The notes: generated by a model not told the origin, from the letters alone. A DNA stretch of 64,000 nucleotides from Burkholderiales bacterium (GCA_038217005.1 JBBQPT010000009.1:839-64838), one strand, 5' to 3'; shown: positions 34,142 to 44,425, numbered from the stretch's first letter. Program-made: numbers and translations.

Positions 34142-35659
34142 ATGTGCGGCATAATTGGCATCGTTTCTCATTCACCCGTCAATCAGATGCTCTATGATGG
34201 TTTGTTGGTTTTGCAACATCGTGGGCAAGATGCAGCGGGGATAGTGACCGCTGAGGGTAATGTGTTCCACATGCATAAAGCCAATGGCTTGGTGCGCGAC
34301 GTATTCCGCACTCGCGACATGCGTAATCTGCTGGGTAATTCCGGCATAGGCCACGTGCGCTATCCAACTGCAGGTAATGCCGCTTCTACCGCTGAAGCGC
34401 AGCCGTTCTATGTGAATTCACCTTATGGCATCGTATTGGCGCACAATGGCAATTTAACTAACACCGATCAACTTAAAGAAGACTTATTCCGTCTGGACTT
34501 GCGCCATGTCAATACCAGCTCGGATTCAGAAGTGTTGCTTAATGTACTTGCGCATGAGTTAGTGGAAGTCGGCAACACCCATCAGCTTAGTGTCGATCGT
34601 ATCTTCAAAGCGGTGAGTGGCGTGCATCGACGTTGCCGTGGTGCTTATGCAGTAGTGGCAATGATATCCGGGCATGGCTTGCTGGCATTCCGCGATCCGT
34701 ATGGCATCCGTCCATTGATTATTGGTAGCCGTCAGTCAGAACATGGCGTCGAGTACATGGTGGCATCGGAAAGCGTGGCGATAGATTCGCTGGATTTCAA
34801 AGTGCTGCGTGATGTTGCGCCAGGTGAGGCGATTTATATCGACGAAGCGGGACAGATGCACAGTCAGCAATGTTCGGATAATCCACAATATTTCCCATGT
34901 ATTTTTGAATACGTTTATCTGGCGCGTCCTGATTCAGTGATAGATGGTGTTTCCGTATACGAAACCAGACTGCGTATGGGCGAGCGATTAGCTGAAAAGA
35001 TCCGCCAGCAATGGTCGCACCTGCATATCGACGTAGTTATCCCGATCCCTGATACCAGTCGTCCGAGTGCGTTGCAGCTTGCCAATGCCCTCGGCTTGTC
35101 TTATCGTGAAGGTTTTATCAAGAACCGCTACATTGGCCGCACCTTTATTATGCCGGGGCAAGCCATGCGCAAAAAGTCTGTACGCCAGAAGCTCAATGCC
35201 ATCGGCATGGAATTCAAAGATAAAAACGTGCTGTTAGTCGATGACTCTATCGTGCGCGGCACCACCAGCCGTGAAATCGTGCAAATGGCGCGTGATGCGG
35301 GTGCGCGTCAGGTGTTCTTTGCTTCAGCCGCGCCACCTGTACGTTTCCCTAACGTCTATGGCATTGATATGCCCACGCGTCATGAGCTGTTGGCGACAGG
35401 ACGTACTGACGAGCAAATTGCACGTGAAATCGGTGCCGATGCACTGGTGTATCAGGATATAGATGCGCTGATCGAAGCTGTGCGTGAAATCAATCCTGCA
35501 TTAGAGCATTTTGATACATCGTGCTTTAACGGCAACTATGTGACAGGCGACATCACCCCAGAATATCTGGATCTCATTGAATCCATGCGCTGTGGCTCAG
35601 ATGGCAAAGCGAAATCATCTTCGTTGCAGCTGGATTTGAATCTGGCGCGTGGGACCTGA
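34142..35659 (+). CDS. purF: Amidophosphoribosyltransferase
   Basis: MCGI N-terminal nucleophile, [19 protein letters not shown] and [11 protein letters not shown]. Confidence 0.98.
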   Translation: MCGIIGIVSHSPVNQMLYDGLLVLQHRGQDAAGIVTAEGNVFHMHKANGLVRDVFRTRDMRNLLGNSGIGHVRYPTAGNAASTAEAQPFYVNSPYGIVLAHNGNLTNTDQLKEDLFRLDLRHVNTSSDSEVLLNVLAHELVEVGNTHQLSVDRIFKAVSGVHRRCRGAYAVVAMISGHGLLAFRDPYGIRPLIIGSRQSEHGVEYMVASESVAIDSLDFKVLRDVAPGEAIYIDEAGQMHSQQCSDNPQYFPCIFEYVYLARPDSVIDGVSVYETRLRMGERLAEKIRQQWSHLHIDVVIPIPDTSRPSALQLANALGLSYREGFIKNRYIGRTFIMPGQAMRKKSVRQKLNAIGMEFKDKNVLLVDDSIVRGTTSREIVQMARDAGARQVFFASAAPPVRFPNVYGIDMPTRHELLATGRTDEQIAREIGADALVYQDIDALIEAVREINPALEHFDTSCFNGNYVTGDITPEYLDLIESMRCGSDGKAKSSSLQLDLNLARGT

Positions 35660-35664
35660 AACGG

Positions 35665-35693
35665 TTGACGATAAATTACACAGAGTTTAAGAT
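35665..35693 (+). promoter_or_regulatory. Sigma70 promoter for the metZ leader
   Basis: TTGACG (35665-70), 17-nt spacer, TAAGAT (35688-93). Predicted start site near 35700, at the 5' edge of the riboswitch. Confidence 0.75.
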
Positions 35694-35697
35694 GAAC

Positions 35698-35745
35698 CAT
35701 GCGCCGATTTCCAACTTGCGGGCGCTTAATAAATTCAGCTAAAAC
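35698..35745 (+). ncRNA. SAM-II (SAM_alpha-type) riboswitch aptamer
   Basis: GCGCC-GATTT-CCAAC-TTGC-G-GGCGC-TTAATAAAT-TC-AGCTAAAA matches the SAM-II pattern (P1 GCGCC/GGCGC, GAUUU, UUGC, AUAAAU, GCUAAA). It lies upstream of a methionine-synthesis gene. Confidence 0.88.
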
Positions 35746-35748
35746 CTC

Positions 35749-35783
35749 AACCCGTTTTAGCTATCCAGCAAAACGGGTTTTTT
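35749..35783 (+). terminator. Intrinsic terminator in the metZ leader (riboswitch expression platform)
   Basis: AACCCGTTTT-(A)GCT-ATCC-AGC-AAAACGGGTT stem followed by a T tract, 15 nt before the metZ ATG. Confidence 0.8.
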
Positions 35784-35797
35784 ATTAGGAGCAGTTC

Positions 35798-36976
35798 ATG
35801 CAAAACGAAGATTACGATATTGAAACTCTGGCAGTGCGCGCAGGAATTACGCGCAGCCAGTTTGGCGAGCACAGTGAAGCGCTGTATTTGACTTCCAGCT
35901 TTGTGTTTAACAATGCAGCAGAAGCCCAGGCGCGGTTTAAGGGTGAGCAGCCCGGCAATATTTATGCGCGCTTTACCAATCCCACCGTCACCATGTTTGA
36001 ACAGCGGTTGGCTGCACTAGAAGGTGCTGAGCGTTGCGTGGCAACGGCTTCAGGCATGTCTGCAATATTGGCAACGGTAATGGGTTTGCTCAAAGCCGGT
36101 GACCACATCATTGCTTCACGTTCTATTTTTGGTTCTACCGTGCAGCTGTTCAGCAATATTATCGGGCGCTTTGGTGTGGAAACGACTTATGTATCGCCGA
36201 CTGATATTAGCGAATGGCAAGCTGCGCTGCGCCCTAATACCAAGCTGTTTTTTGTGGAATCGCCATCTAATCCGTTGACTGAAGTCAGCGATATCGGCGC
36301 GTTGTCGGTATTGGCAAAACAGTCTGGCGTGGTGCTGGCGGTGGACAATTGTTTTTGCTCGCCTGCATTGCAACAGCCATTAAAGTTGGGCGCGGATATC
36401 GTTATTCATTCCGCGACTAAATATCTGGATGGGCAGGGTCGCGTGCTGGGCGGCGCGGTACTGGGCAGCAACCAGTTGATGGAAGGTGTATATGGTTTCT
36501 TGCGTACCGCAGGGCCGACCATGAGCGCGTTCAACGCGTGGGTGTTTCTCAAAGGCCTGGAGACGCTTAAGCTGCGGATGGACGCGCACTCCGCCGCTGC
36601 GCTGAGTTTGGCGACCTGGCTGGAAGCGCATCCGAATGTGGCGCGCGTATATTACCCGGGCTTGCCTTCCCACCCGCAACATGAAATAGCCATGCGCCAG
36701 CAGCGTACTGGTGGCGGTATAGTTGCATTTGAAGTCAAAGGCGGGCAGCCAGCAGCCTGGCAGGTGATAGATGCAACCAAGATGATTTCGATAACTGCTA
36801 ATTTAGGCGATACGAAAACGACCATTACCCATCCGACCACCACTACGCATAGTCGTATGACGCCCGAACAACGGGAGAATGCAGGTATCAATGATGGGCT
36901 GTTGCGTGTGGCTGTCGGTTTGGAATCGCTGCGCGACATACAAAATGATTTGGCGCGAGGTCTGGATGGGCTATAA
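35798..36976 (+). CDS. metZ: O-succinylhomoserine sulfhydrylase
   Basis: EHSEALYLTSSF, YARFTNPT and the PLP motif HSATKYLDGQGR; downstream of purF as in many proteobacteria. Confidence 0.95.
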   Translation: MQNEDYDIETLAVRAGITRSQFGEHSEALYLTSSFVFNNAAEAQARFKGEQPGNIYARFTNPTVTMFEQRLAALEGAERCVATASGMSAILATVMGLLKAGDHIIASRSIFGSTVQLFSNIIGRFGVETTYVSPTDISEWQAALRPNTKLFFVESPSNPLTEVSDIGALSVLAKQSGVVLAVDNCFCSPALQQPLKLGADIVIHSATKYLDGQGRVLGGAVLGSNQLMEGVYGFLRTAGPTMSAFNAWVFLKGLETLKLRMDAHSAAALSLATWLEAHPNVARVYYPGLPSHPQHEIAMRQQRTGGGIVAFEVKGGQPAAWQVIDATKMISITANLGDTKTTITHPTTTTHSRMTPEQRENAGINDGLLRVAVGLESLRDIQNDLARGLDGL

Positions 36977-37622
36977 GCTCATCATCGTCGGTGCGATGCT
37001 GTCTGTGCATGCATGGGCAGCGTCGATGACGGAGCTGAATTATCAGGACAGTGACGCAGGCACGCCCGCTTACCGCACGCGAATACTGGTGACACCTGAT
37101 TTTTTGCGTATGGATGCAGGGGTTGATAACGATAATTTCACCTTGCTCAATCGTGTAACAGGACTGCTCTACAATGTTAGCCGCGATGAACACCAGGCTT
37201 ATCGTTACGATACTCAGCAGGCTAAAATTGCACTGCCCAAACCATGGAAAATCACCCGGCACGTCACTCAAATCAATGCAAGCACGCGGCATTTTGACTG
37301 GGCTGTCAATGGTAAACCCTGCGGCCAAGTCACGGCCACCAGCAAACTGCAGCCTGACACTGCTGTAGCGCTACAGCAATACTGGCATGCCCTCGCCACG
37401 AGTCAGTGGCAAACCTGGCAGCGCACCCCCGCGGATATGCGTAACGCATGCGATTTGGCGCGTTATGTTGTTGCTATTCCTTTTGTATTTCAATATGGCT
37501 TGCCACTGAGCGATGAGACCAGCGACGGACGCAGCCGCAATTATCAGTCTGATAGTGTGGTTCCATTGCGTGCAGAGCTCTTTGTGCTCCCGCCTGATTA
37601 CCCTGTCGTCACCGCTCCATGA
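36966..37622 (+). CDS. Hypothetical exported protein
   Basis: ATG 36966 overlaps the end of metZ. Signal peptide MGYKLIIVGAMLSVHAWA|A; two Cys; loosely DUF4412-like beta-rich sequence. Confidence 0.65.
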   Translation: MGYKLIIVGAMLSVHAWAASMTELNYQDSDAGTPAYRTRILVTPDFLRMDAGVDNDNFTLLNRVTGLLYNVSRDEHQAYRYDTQQAKIALPKPWKITRHVTQINASTRHFDWAVNGKPCGQVTATSKLQPDTAVALQQYWHALATSQWQTWQRTPADMRNACDLARYVVAIPFVFQYGLPLSDETSDGRSRNYQSDSVVPLRAELFVLPPDYPVVTAP

Positions 37623-37667
37623 CCATGGCATGACAACATTCATCCAGCACATAAGGAAATTAAAGGC

Positions 37668-38066
37668 ATGAAGACATTAGGGAATTTGCTGTGGTTTGTT
37701 TTGGGTGGTGCATTAATGGGATTGGGCTGGTGGTTCGCGGGCGTGCTGGCGTTGATCACCATCGTTGGCATACCCTGGGCGAAGGCTTGTTTTGTGATTG
37801 GTCAGTTTGCCTTTTTCCCGTTTGGCAAAGAAGTCGTTAGCAGGCGTTTAGTGACTGGTCAGGATGATATCGGTACGGGAGTGCTGGGTATGCTGGGGAA
37901 TGTTATCTGGTTTGTTTTTGTGGGTATATGGTTGGCGATAGGACATGTGATTTCTGCGCTGGCCTGTTTTATCACGATTATAGGCATACCTTTTGGCATC
38001 CAGCATTTGAAACTGGCGATGATAGCGTTAGCCCCTATAGGGATGACGGTCGTCGCAAAGGATTAA
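37668..38066 (+). CDS. yccF: YccF domain inner-membrane protein
   Basis: Duplicated GN.LWF..GG...ITIIGIPF repeat ending LAPIG. Confidence 0.9.
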   Translation: MKTLGNLLWFVLGGALMGLGWWFAGVLALITIVGIPWAKACFVIGQFAFFPFGKEVVSRRLVTGQDDIGTGVLGMLGNVIWFVFVGIWLAIGHVISALACFITIIGIPFGIQHLKLAMIALAPIGMTVVAKD

Positions 38067-38078
38067 ATTTTAATTCGC

Positions 38079-38807
38079 CTAAAGCTGCTTAAGCTGACAA
38101 CCATCAGCGTCACAACGTAAATAACCGCCATGCTCATACCAGTCAGTTAGCACCCAGCGTTGGCAGACGTGTCCATTGATGTTATAGGTGTGGACTGCGC
38201 TGCGGTGGGTGTGGCCGTGGACCAGGCGCGGGTAGTTGTGCATTGAAAACACGGCGGTTACGGCTGCATCATTCACATCCATAATCTCACTGGATTTTTC
38301 TTGCTTGGCGGATTCGCTTTGCTCGCGCGCTTGCTGGGCGAGGGCGATGCGGGTGGTGAGTGGTTGCGCCAAGAATTGATGTTGCCAAGCAGGATTGCGT
38401 ACCTGGTCACGGAATGCAAGGTATTTAACGTCGTCGGTACACAAGGTATCGCCGTGCATGAGCAGGGTGGGTGTGCCGTATAAGTCGATCAGGCTAGGGT
38501 CAGGCAGTAGCATTGCGCCGCTTAACGTGGCGAAATCCTGCGCGATAAGGAAATCGCGGTTGCCATGCATGAAATAGAGTTTTACGCCGGTATCGGCCAG
38601 TTGCTTGAGTGCTGTGGCTACTTGCCGATTGAGAGATTGGTCTAGGGTGTCATCACCTAGCCAATATTCAAATAAGTCACCGAGTATATAGAGCGCGTCG
38701 GCGTGGATGGCTGTTTGTGTTAAGAAATCAAAAAATTTCTGATTGATTTGTGGGCGTGACTCGCACAGGTGTAAATCGGAGATAAACAGGCTGTGCGAGT
38801 GCCGCAT
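38079..38807 (-). CDS. lpxH: UDP-2,3-diacylglucosamine diphosphatase
   Basis: FISDLHL, ILGDLFE, HGNRDFL, HGDTLCTDD and VHGHTHR; adjacent to ppiB. Confidence 0.96.
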   Translation of the reverse strand: MRHSHSLFISDLHLCESRPQINQKFFDFLTQTAIHADALYILGDLFEYWLGDDTLDQSLNRQVATALKQLADTGVKLYFMHGNRDFLIAQDFATLSGAMLLPDPSLIDLYGTPTLLMHGDTLCTDDVKYLAFRDQVRNPAWQHQFLAQPLTTRIALAQQAREQSESAKQEKSSEIMDVNDAAVTAVFSMHNYPRLVHGHTHRSAVHTYNINGHVCQRWVLTDWYEHGGYLRCDADGCQLKQL

Positions 38808-38812
38808 ATTAC

Positions 38813-39304
38813 TTAAACGACTTCAGCGCGTTCAATGATAACGTCAGCGACTGGCACATCTTGATGACCAGCCTTGTTGCCGGTTTTTACTTTTTTGATG
38901 GTATCAACCACATCTTTACCTTCAACTACTTTACCAAATACACAGTAGCCGTAGCCTTGTGCAGTTGGTGCGCTGAAGTTGAGGAAACTGTTGTTTTTAA
39001 TGTTGATAAAAAACTGTGACGACGCGGAATGAGGGTTAGGTGTGCGTGCCATAGCCACGGTGTAGATGTCATTGGTGAGACCATTAGCTGCTTCGTTCTC
39101 GATTTCTGCTTTGGTTTCCTTTTGTTTCATACCAGGTTCAAAGCCGCCACCCTGGATCATGAAGCCATCGATGACACGGTGGAATATGGTGTTATTGTAA
39201 AAGCCACTGTTAACGTACTCTAAGAAGTTAGCCACTGTTTTTGGTGCTTTTTCAGCGTCGAGTTCTAAAGTGATAACGCCGTAGTTGGTATGTAATTTGA
39301 CCAT
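38813..39304 (-). CDS. ppiB: Cyclophilin-type peptidyl-prolyl isomerase
   Basis: [25 protein letters not shown] and GYCVFGKV. Confidence 0.96.
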   Translation of the reverse strand: MVKLHTNYGVITLELDAEKAPKTVANFLEYVNSGFYNNTIFHRVIDGFMIQGGGFEPGMKQKETKAEIENEAANGLTNDIYTVAMARTPNPHSASSQFFINIKNNSFLNFSAPTAQGYGYCVFGKVVEGKDVVDTIKKVKTGNKAGHQDVPVADVIIERAEVV

Positions 39305-39330
39305 GGTATGTTCCTTTTTAAGTTAAAAAA

Positions 39331-40563
39331 TTATGCGCCGTTTTCTGCGACGATTTTCCAGTTGCCATTTTGGTTGACCCAATATTGCCGTTTATGCATG
39401 ACATTATCAAGGTTGTTGCTGCGGTAATCTTGTTCAAAGCTAACCATGTACATATTTTTCTGGCCAGGGTACTCAAAGATGCTGACGCGTGAAAGTGCTA
39501 CTTTAATCCAGGTTTTGCCTTGATTGACGCGGCGCTTGGCATTAGCCCAATCACTGAATTTTATTTTGTTCGCAGTGAAATTGGCTGCATAGTGCTTGAT
39601 GTATTGTTCAGTGTCGCGGCTTTCCCAGTCGTGACGCCATGATTCTACTTGCTTCATCAACTCATCTTTACTGGTTACTGCGCTTTGTGCCGGTACCCAT
39701 TTAATATGATCGGCAATGACCACAGGAGTGACGCTAGGGGTGATGTACTTGCCTAATTCGACCAGGTCGTTATTCGTGAGCACCACGCAACCACTGCTGG
39801 CTTTGGGGGGGCGACTGTAGGTTTCGCTGGTAGTGCCGTGCAACCAGATGCCATGTCCAAACGAACCCAGTTTCTCATCCCAGTCGTTGGGGAAGTTTAG
39901 CGTAAGAGCGAAATTGCCATACAAGTCAGGCAGTTTATTGCCATCCAGTTTCCGGGTGATGTAATACACGCCGAGTGGCGTACGGTTGTCGCCTTCGCGG
40001 GTTTTTTCTACACCGTTTTTGCCGATAGTGACGTAATAATCCGCAACGTTTTGCAATACACCATGCTGGTTCTTAAATACATACAGACGGGATTTGTCGG
40101 TATCAACGACGACAGCGGTGGGGATGCTGGGGTCAAGTTGCAATAATTGCTGCGGCACCATGCCTACGCTCGGTCTGTCCAGGTAGCTGGTGAGGCGTGC
40201 GCGTGCCTCGTCACGTAAATCAGCAATTGCAGGGGTAGCAATCTTGGTATTGCCAAAGTTGGTAAGTGGTTTAATGCGTGCAGTGAGCAAATCACCGTGG
40301 ATCAGCTGTGCCAGACGGAAATCGGGATGCAGTTGAAGCAGACTCTCAACTTGTTTCAGTGCGACGTCCAGGCGGTTCTGCTGTATAGACAGTAACGCTT
40401 GCGCCAGTAAATTATCAACCTGACTTTTGAGCGGGACGTAATGGGTTGCGGGTGTGCTTTCAAATATGGGCCCCGCCATAGCAATTCGCTCATCACTATA
40501 GGCGCAAGTCGCAGTTAATAAATAAATGGCAGTGATAGCGAGGCGCGATTTCAACATAAACAT
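39331..40563 (-). CDS. L,D-transpeptidase (YkuD) family protein with C-terminal NTF2/Cds6-like domain; start uncertain (40563 or 40557)
   Basis: KTREGDNRTPLGVY, GIWLHG and SSGCVVLTN catalytic region; signal peptide; C-terminal W..DW...Y...F.Q.Y.S...WKIVAE domain. Confidence 0.85.
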   Translation of the reverse strand: MFMLKSRLAITAIYLLTATCAYSDERIAMAGPIFESTPATHYVPLKSQVDNLLAQALLSIQQNRLDVALKQVESLLQLHPDFRLAQLIHGDLLTARIKPLTNFGNTKIATPAIADLRDEARARLTSYLDRPSVGMVPQQLLQLDPSIPTAVVVDTDKSRLYVFKNQHGVLQNVADYYVTIGKNGVEKTREGDNRTPLGVYYITRKLDGNKLPDLYGNFALTLNFPNDWDEKLGSFGHGIWLHGTTSETYSRPPKASSGCVVLTNNDLVELGKYITPSVTPVVIADHIKWVPAQSAVTSKDELMKQVESWRHDWESRDTEQYIKHYAANFTANKIKFSDWANAKRRVNQGKTWIKVALSRVSIFEYPGQKNMYMVSFEQDYRSNNLDNVMHKRQYWVNQNGNWKIVAENGA

Positions 40564-40574
40564 ATGACGCAAAA

Positions 40575-41552
40575 TTAACGTGAACGTTCCTCAGTAATCA
40601 GCCATTTTCCGTGCACTTTTGCTAATGTCATAACTTTATGGGTGCTTGATTTGATTCGATCAGACTGGTAAGTCTGTTTGAAGCTTACAGTAGCCGTATC
40701 GTTGGTCGCATTGGTCACGCTGAGGTCTGCCAGGCTAACTTCGATTTTTTTCGGGGCGCTGATACGCTCGCGACGTGTGGTTTCCCATGCACTGCGCGAT
40801 TCACCATTCGGTGTTTTGAATTGTGGTGCGTAGCTGGCCAGATACGCCTTGACGTTTTGGCCTGCCCAGGCAGCTGCCCAAGCTTGTACCGCGTTGCTAA
40901 CGTCGGAATTGTCCACAGCAGCTACGCCAGGCTTGGTGTCAGCCGGTTTGCTCGCAGCGGGCATCGGTGCAGTGACAGGTCTGGCTGGACTGGCAGCAAC
41001 AGGTTTGGCTGCGCTGGCAATGACTGCGCTGCCTTTGCGGCTGCTGAACAGTTCTTTAATTAAAGCCAGTTTGGTTTGCGCGGTCGCATTTCTGTTATCT
41101 AACTGCAGCGCTTTGTCATAGGCTTGTGACGCCATTTTTGCGTAGATGTCACCCAGGTTCTCGTGGGCAGTAGCATAGCTCGGATGAGTGCGGATAGCCA
41201 TTTCCAGTGCGTTTTTGGCTTTATCGTATTGCCCTTGCGCAGCGTAAAGCACAGCTAGGTTGTTATAGGGCTCTGGCAATTCGGGGAAATCTTCAGTCAG
41301 ACCTGAGAATACTTTGATAGCTTCAGCGGATTTGTTTTGCTCGGTTAAAATTAAACCTTTGAGAAAACGTGTTTGTGCGTCCTGCGGATTTTTGGCGATG
41401 TAAGCATTGGCGCGGATAAGTGCGTTGTCATATTGCCCCTGTTTGAATAAGCTGTTGATTTCCTGATATTCAGAGCTGTTTGCGGCTAGGCTTAAGCCCG
41501 CATGGCTGGTGATGGCAAGGAACAACAGGGCTAAAAGGGAAGTGCGTTTCAT
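40575..41552 (-). CDS. Exported TPR protein with C-terminal NTF2/Cds6-like domain
   Basis: Signal peptide; TPR repeats (PELPEPYNNLAVLYA, HENLGDIY); Pro/Ala linker; C-terminal domain similar to that of the neighbouring L,D-transpeptidase. Confidence 0.85.
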   Translation of the reverse strand: MKRTSLLALLFLAITSHAGLSLAANSSEYQEINSLFKQGQYDNALIRANAYIAKNPQDAQTRFLKGLILTEQNKSAEAIKVFSGLTEDFPELPEPYNNLAVLYAAQGQYDKAKNALEMAIRTHPSYATAHENLGDIYAKMASQAYDKALQLDNRNATAQTKLALIKELFSSRKGSAVIASAAKPVAASPARPVTAPMPAASKPADTKPGVAAVDNSDVSNAVQAWAAAWAGQNVKAYLASYAPQFKTPNGESRSAWETTRRERISAPKKIEVSLADLSVTNATNDTATVSFKQTYQSDRIKSSTHKVMTLAKVHGKWLITEERSR

Positions 41553-41641
41553 TATGATATACTCATCCGACCACTAATCAGGGAGTTCAATTATACAAGA
41601 ACTCACGCTGATTCAAACTATTACCTTAGAATTGAACCATT

Positions 41642-43006
41642 ATGCTGACAATTTATAATTCATTAGGCCGTGAAAAACAGCCATTCGTTGCAATTACTCC
41701 TGGGCAAGTTCGTTTATATGTATGCGGCATGACAGTTTATGATTACTGCCACTTAGGTCATGCGCGGGTAATGGTGGCGTTTGATGTGGTAACGCGCTGG
41801 TTACGAGCTTCAGGCTATGAAGTGGAATATGTGCGTAATATTACCGACATTGATGACAAAATCATCAAGCGTGCCGCTGAGAATAATGAAACCACCACAG
41901 CGCTGACTAACCGTTTTATCGCAGCCATGAACGAAGACGCCGAAGCTTTGGGGGTATTGCCACCTACGCACGAGCCTCGCGCCACCGATTTTGTTGCGCC
42001 TATGCAGGCGATGATTAGCACCTTGATAGACCGCGGGCTGGCCTATGCAGCGGACAACGGCGACGTGTATTACATCGTGCATAATTTTGTGGGTTACGGC
42101 AAGCTGTCAGGTAAATCTCTTGATGAACTGCGCGCAGGCGAGCGAGTGGAAATCGATCAGCATAAGCGTGACCCGCTGGATTTTGTGTTGTGGAAAGCAG
42201 CCAAGCCCGGTGAGCCTGCCTGGGCTTCACCTTGGGGTGAGGGCCGGCCAGGCTGGCATATTGAATGCTCGGCAATGAGTGAGCATTATTTGTCCAGCCA
42301 TTTTGATATACATGGCGGCGGCCAGGATCTGCAATTTCCGCACCACGAAAATGAGATTGCCCAGTCTGAAGGCGCGCATGGCTGCACCATGGCCAATTAT
42401 TGGATGCACAATGGATTTGTGCGGGTTGATAATGAAAAAATGTCCAAATCGCTGGGCAATTTTTTCACCATACGTGAAGTGTTGAAAAAATATGATGCAG
42501 AAACCCTACGCTTTTTTATAGCACGCGCGCATTATCGCAGCGCACTGAATTATTCTGACCATCATCTGGATGATGCCAAACAGTCGCTCAACCGGCTCTA
42601 CACTGCATTGCGTGAAGTACCTACGACACCAATCACCATCGACTGGACGCAACCCCAGGCTGCGCGTTTTAAGGCGGCGATGGACGATGATTTTAATACG
42701 CCAGAGGCAGTTGCTGTGCTGTTTGACTTGGCGAATGAAACCAATAAAACCAAATCAGTTGAAACGGCTAGTCTGTTAAAAAGCCTGGGTGGTTTATTGG
42801 GCTTGCTGCAAAATGATGCAGCCAGTCATTTGCAAGGCGCAGCAGGTGCCGTCGATGCGGTGCAAATTGAACAATTGATAGCCGATAGAGTAGCAGCGCG
42901 TAAAGCCAAGAACTTCGCGGAAGGTGACCGCATACGCCAGCAATTGTTGGATATGGGTGTCGTGCTGGAAGATACCGCGCAGGGCACGACCTGGCGGCAG
43001 AGTTAG
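41642..43006 (+). CDS. cysS: Cysteine--tRNA ligase
   Basis: [17 protein letters not shown] (HIGH motif), [12 protein letters not shown] and KMSKS. Confidence 0.98.
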   Translation: MLTIYNSLGREKQPFVAITPGQVRLYVCGMTVYDYCHLGHARVMVAFDVVTRWLRASGYEVEYVRNITDIDDKIIKRAAENNETTTALTNRFIAAMNEDAEALGVLPPTHEPRATDFVAPMQAMISTLIDRGLAYAADNGDVYYIVHNFVGYGKLSGKSLDELRAGERVEIDQHKRDPLDFVLWKAAKPGEPAWASPWGEGRPGWHIECSAMSEHYLSSHFDIHGGGQDLQFPHHENEIAQSEGAHGCTMANYWMHNGFVRVDNEKMSKSLGNFFTIREVLKKYDAETLRFFIARAHYRSALNYSDHHLDDAKQSLNRLYTALREVPTTPITIDWTQPQAARFKAAMDDDFNTPEAVAVLFDLANETNKTKSVETASLLKSLGGLLGLLQNDAASHLQGAAGAVDAVQIEQLIADRVAARKAKNFAEGDRIRQQLLDMGVVLEDTAQGTTWRQS

Positions 43007-43027
43007 GATTCTTCACAGGAATGCGCA

Positions 43028-44425
43028 ATGCAAGCATCTGAGACCGCTACTGCGAACAATTTATTGTTATCCGATATTATCGGATCGTTAAGTTATGCGC
43101 TGGATTTGACTGAAGGATTGCCCCCGGGACATTGCCTGCGCAGTTGCTGGGTGGGGATGCATATCGGTCAGCAATACGGCATGGATCAGAGTGCGCTGTC
43201 TCATCTGTACTACACGATTTTACTCAAGGATGCTGGTTGCAGCAGTAACGCCGCGCGTTTGTTTGAAATCTATGAAACCGACGATCGCAAGGTGAAAAAT
43301 GATTTCAAACAGGTCGACACTGAGAGTCTGTTTCAGCTGGGTAAATTTGTTATGTCCCACGTTGGGGTGGGTAAGTCCTTGCACGAGCGAGTGAGTAAGA
43401 TGTTGGCACTGGTGGAACGGGGGGAAGAATACGCTCATGAGCTGGTTTCCACCCGTTGCGAACGTGGTGCAGATATTGCACGCCAGCTGGGTTTTGATGA
43501 GGAAGTTGCGCTAGGCGTACGTTATCTTGACGAACACTGGAACGGTAAAGGTAAGCCGTTTGGGTTGGCAGGGGATGAAATACCGGCTAATGCGCGAATT
43601 GCCTTGTTATCCCAGGTCATAGAAGTGTTTTTTGCAGCAAACGGGGTCGAGTTCGCTGTCGCTGAGGTGAATAAACGTTCTGGCACCTGGTTTGATCCAG
43701 ACCTGGTTGAGGCGTTCAATATCGCCCGGCAGCTGGAGGGCTTTTGGCATGGTTTTGTTTGTGACGACTTGCAGAATAGGGTGGGTAAGCTAGAGCCACA
43801 CTCCAGGGTGATAGAGATTGATGAAGATCGTCTGGATACCATAGCAGAGGCTTTTGCCAAAGTCGTCGATGCGAAAAGTCCTTACACTTACGGCCACAGC
43901 AGCCGGGTGGCCGCTTACACACTGGCAGTGGCAAAGCGTATGGGAATTCCTCCTGCTCGGCAAAAATGGTTATATCGCGCAGCCTTGTTGCATGACATAG
44001 GCAAGCTGGGCGTGAGTAACGGGGTGCTGGATAAGCCAGGCAAGCTTGATGAAGATGAATGGGTGCAAGTCAAAGCACACGCGTTTTATTCCGAGCAAAT
44101 TTTATCGCGCCTGAATGTATTTGCCGAACTGGCACAAGTCGCGGCTGCACACCATGAACGTCTGGATGGTAAAGGCTATCCGCATGGACTGAGTGCGGAC
44201 AAGATTACGCTGGAAACGCGCATTATCACCGTGGCCGATATTTTCGATGCGATTACTGCCAATCGGCCTTATCGCGGGCCTATCCCGGTGCCTGATGCAA
44301 TCGCGATTATGGAAAAGGAACGCGGTACGGCGATAGACAGTGATTGTCTTGATGCGTTAAAGCAAGCACTGCCTGATCTGGTCGCACAAGGCTATGTGGA
44401 ATTGCCAGTCGGTTTTGCAATTTAA
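43028..44425 (+). CDS. Tandem HD / HD-GYP phosphodiesterase (V-cGAP3-like architecture)
   Basis: N-domain ALDLTEG..GHCLRSC, LLKDAGCSSNAAR and DEHWNGKG; C-domain DAKSPYTYGHS, LHDIGK, HHERLDGKGYP and ADIFDA. Confidence 0.85.
   Translation: MQASETATANNLLLSDIIGSLSYALDLTEGLPPGHCLRSCWVGMHIGQQYGMDQSALSHLYYTILLKDAGCSSNAARLFEIYETDDRKVKNDFKQVDTESLFQLGKFVMSHVGVGKSLHERVSKMLALVERGEEYAHELVSTRCERGADIARQLGFDEEVALGVRYLDEHWNGKGKPFGLAGDEIPANARIALLSQVIEVFFAANGVEFAVAEVNKRSGTWFDPDLVEAFNIARQLEGFWHGFVCDDLQNRVGKLEPHSRVIEIDEDRLDTIAEAFAKVVDAKSPYTYGHSSRVAAYTLAVAKRMGIPPARQKWLYRAALLHDIGKLGVSNGVLDKPGKLDEDEWVQVKAHAFYSEQILSRLNVFAELAQVAAAHHERLDGKGYPHGLSADKITLETRIITVADIFDAITANRPYRGPIPVPDAIAIMEKERGTAIDSDCLDALKQALPDLVAQGYVELPVGFAI

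Noticed and set aside
36421-36720. About 61% GC patch (hand count) inside metZ, possible recombination mosaic
   Set aside because: Similar GC-rich patches occur in sbcB, rlmJ and thrB, so it may be ordinary local variation. A phylogenetic recombination test would be needed.
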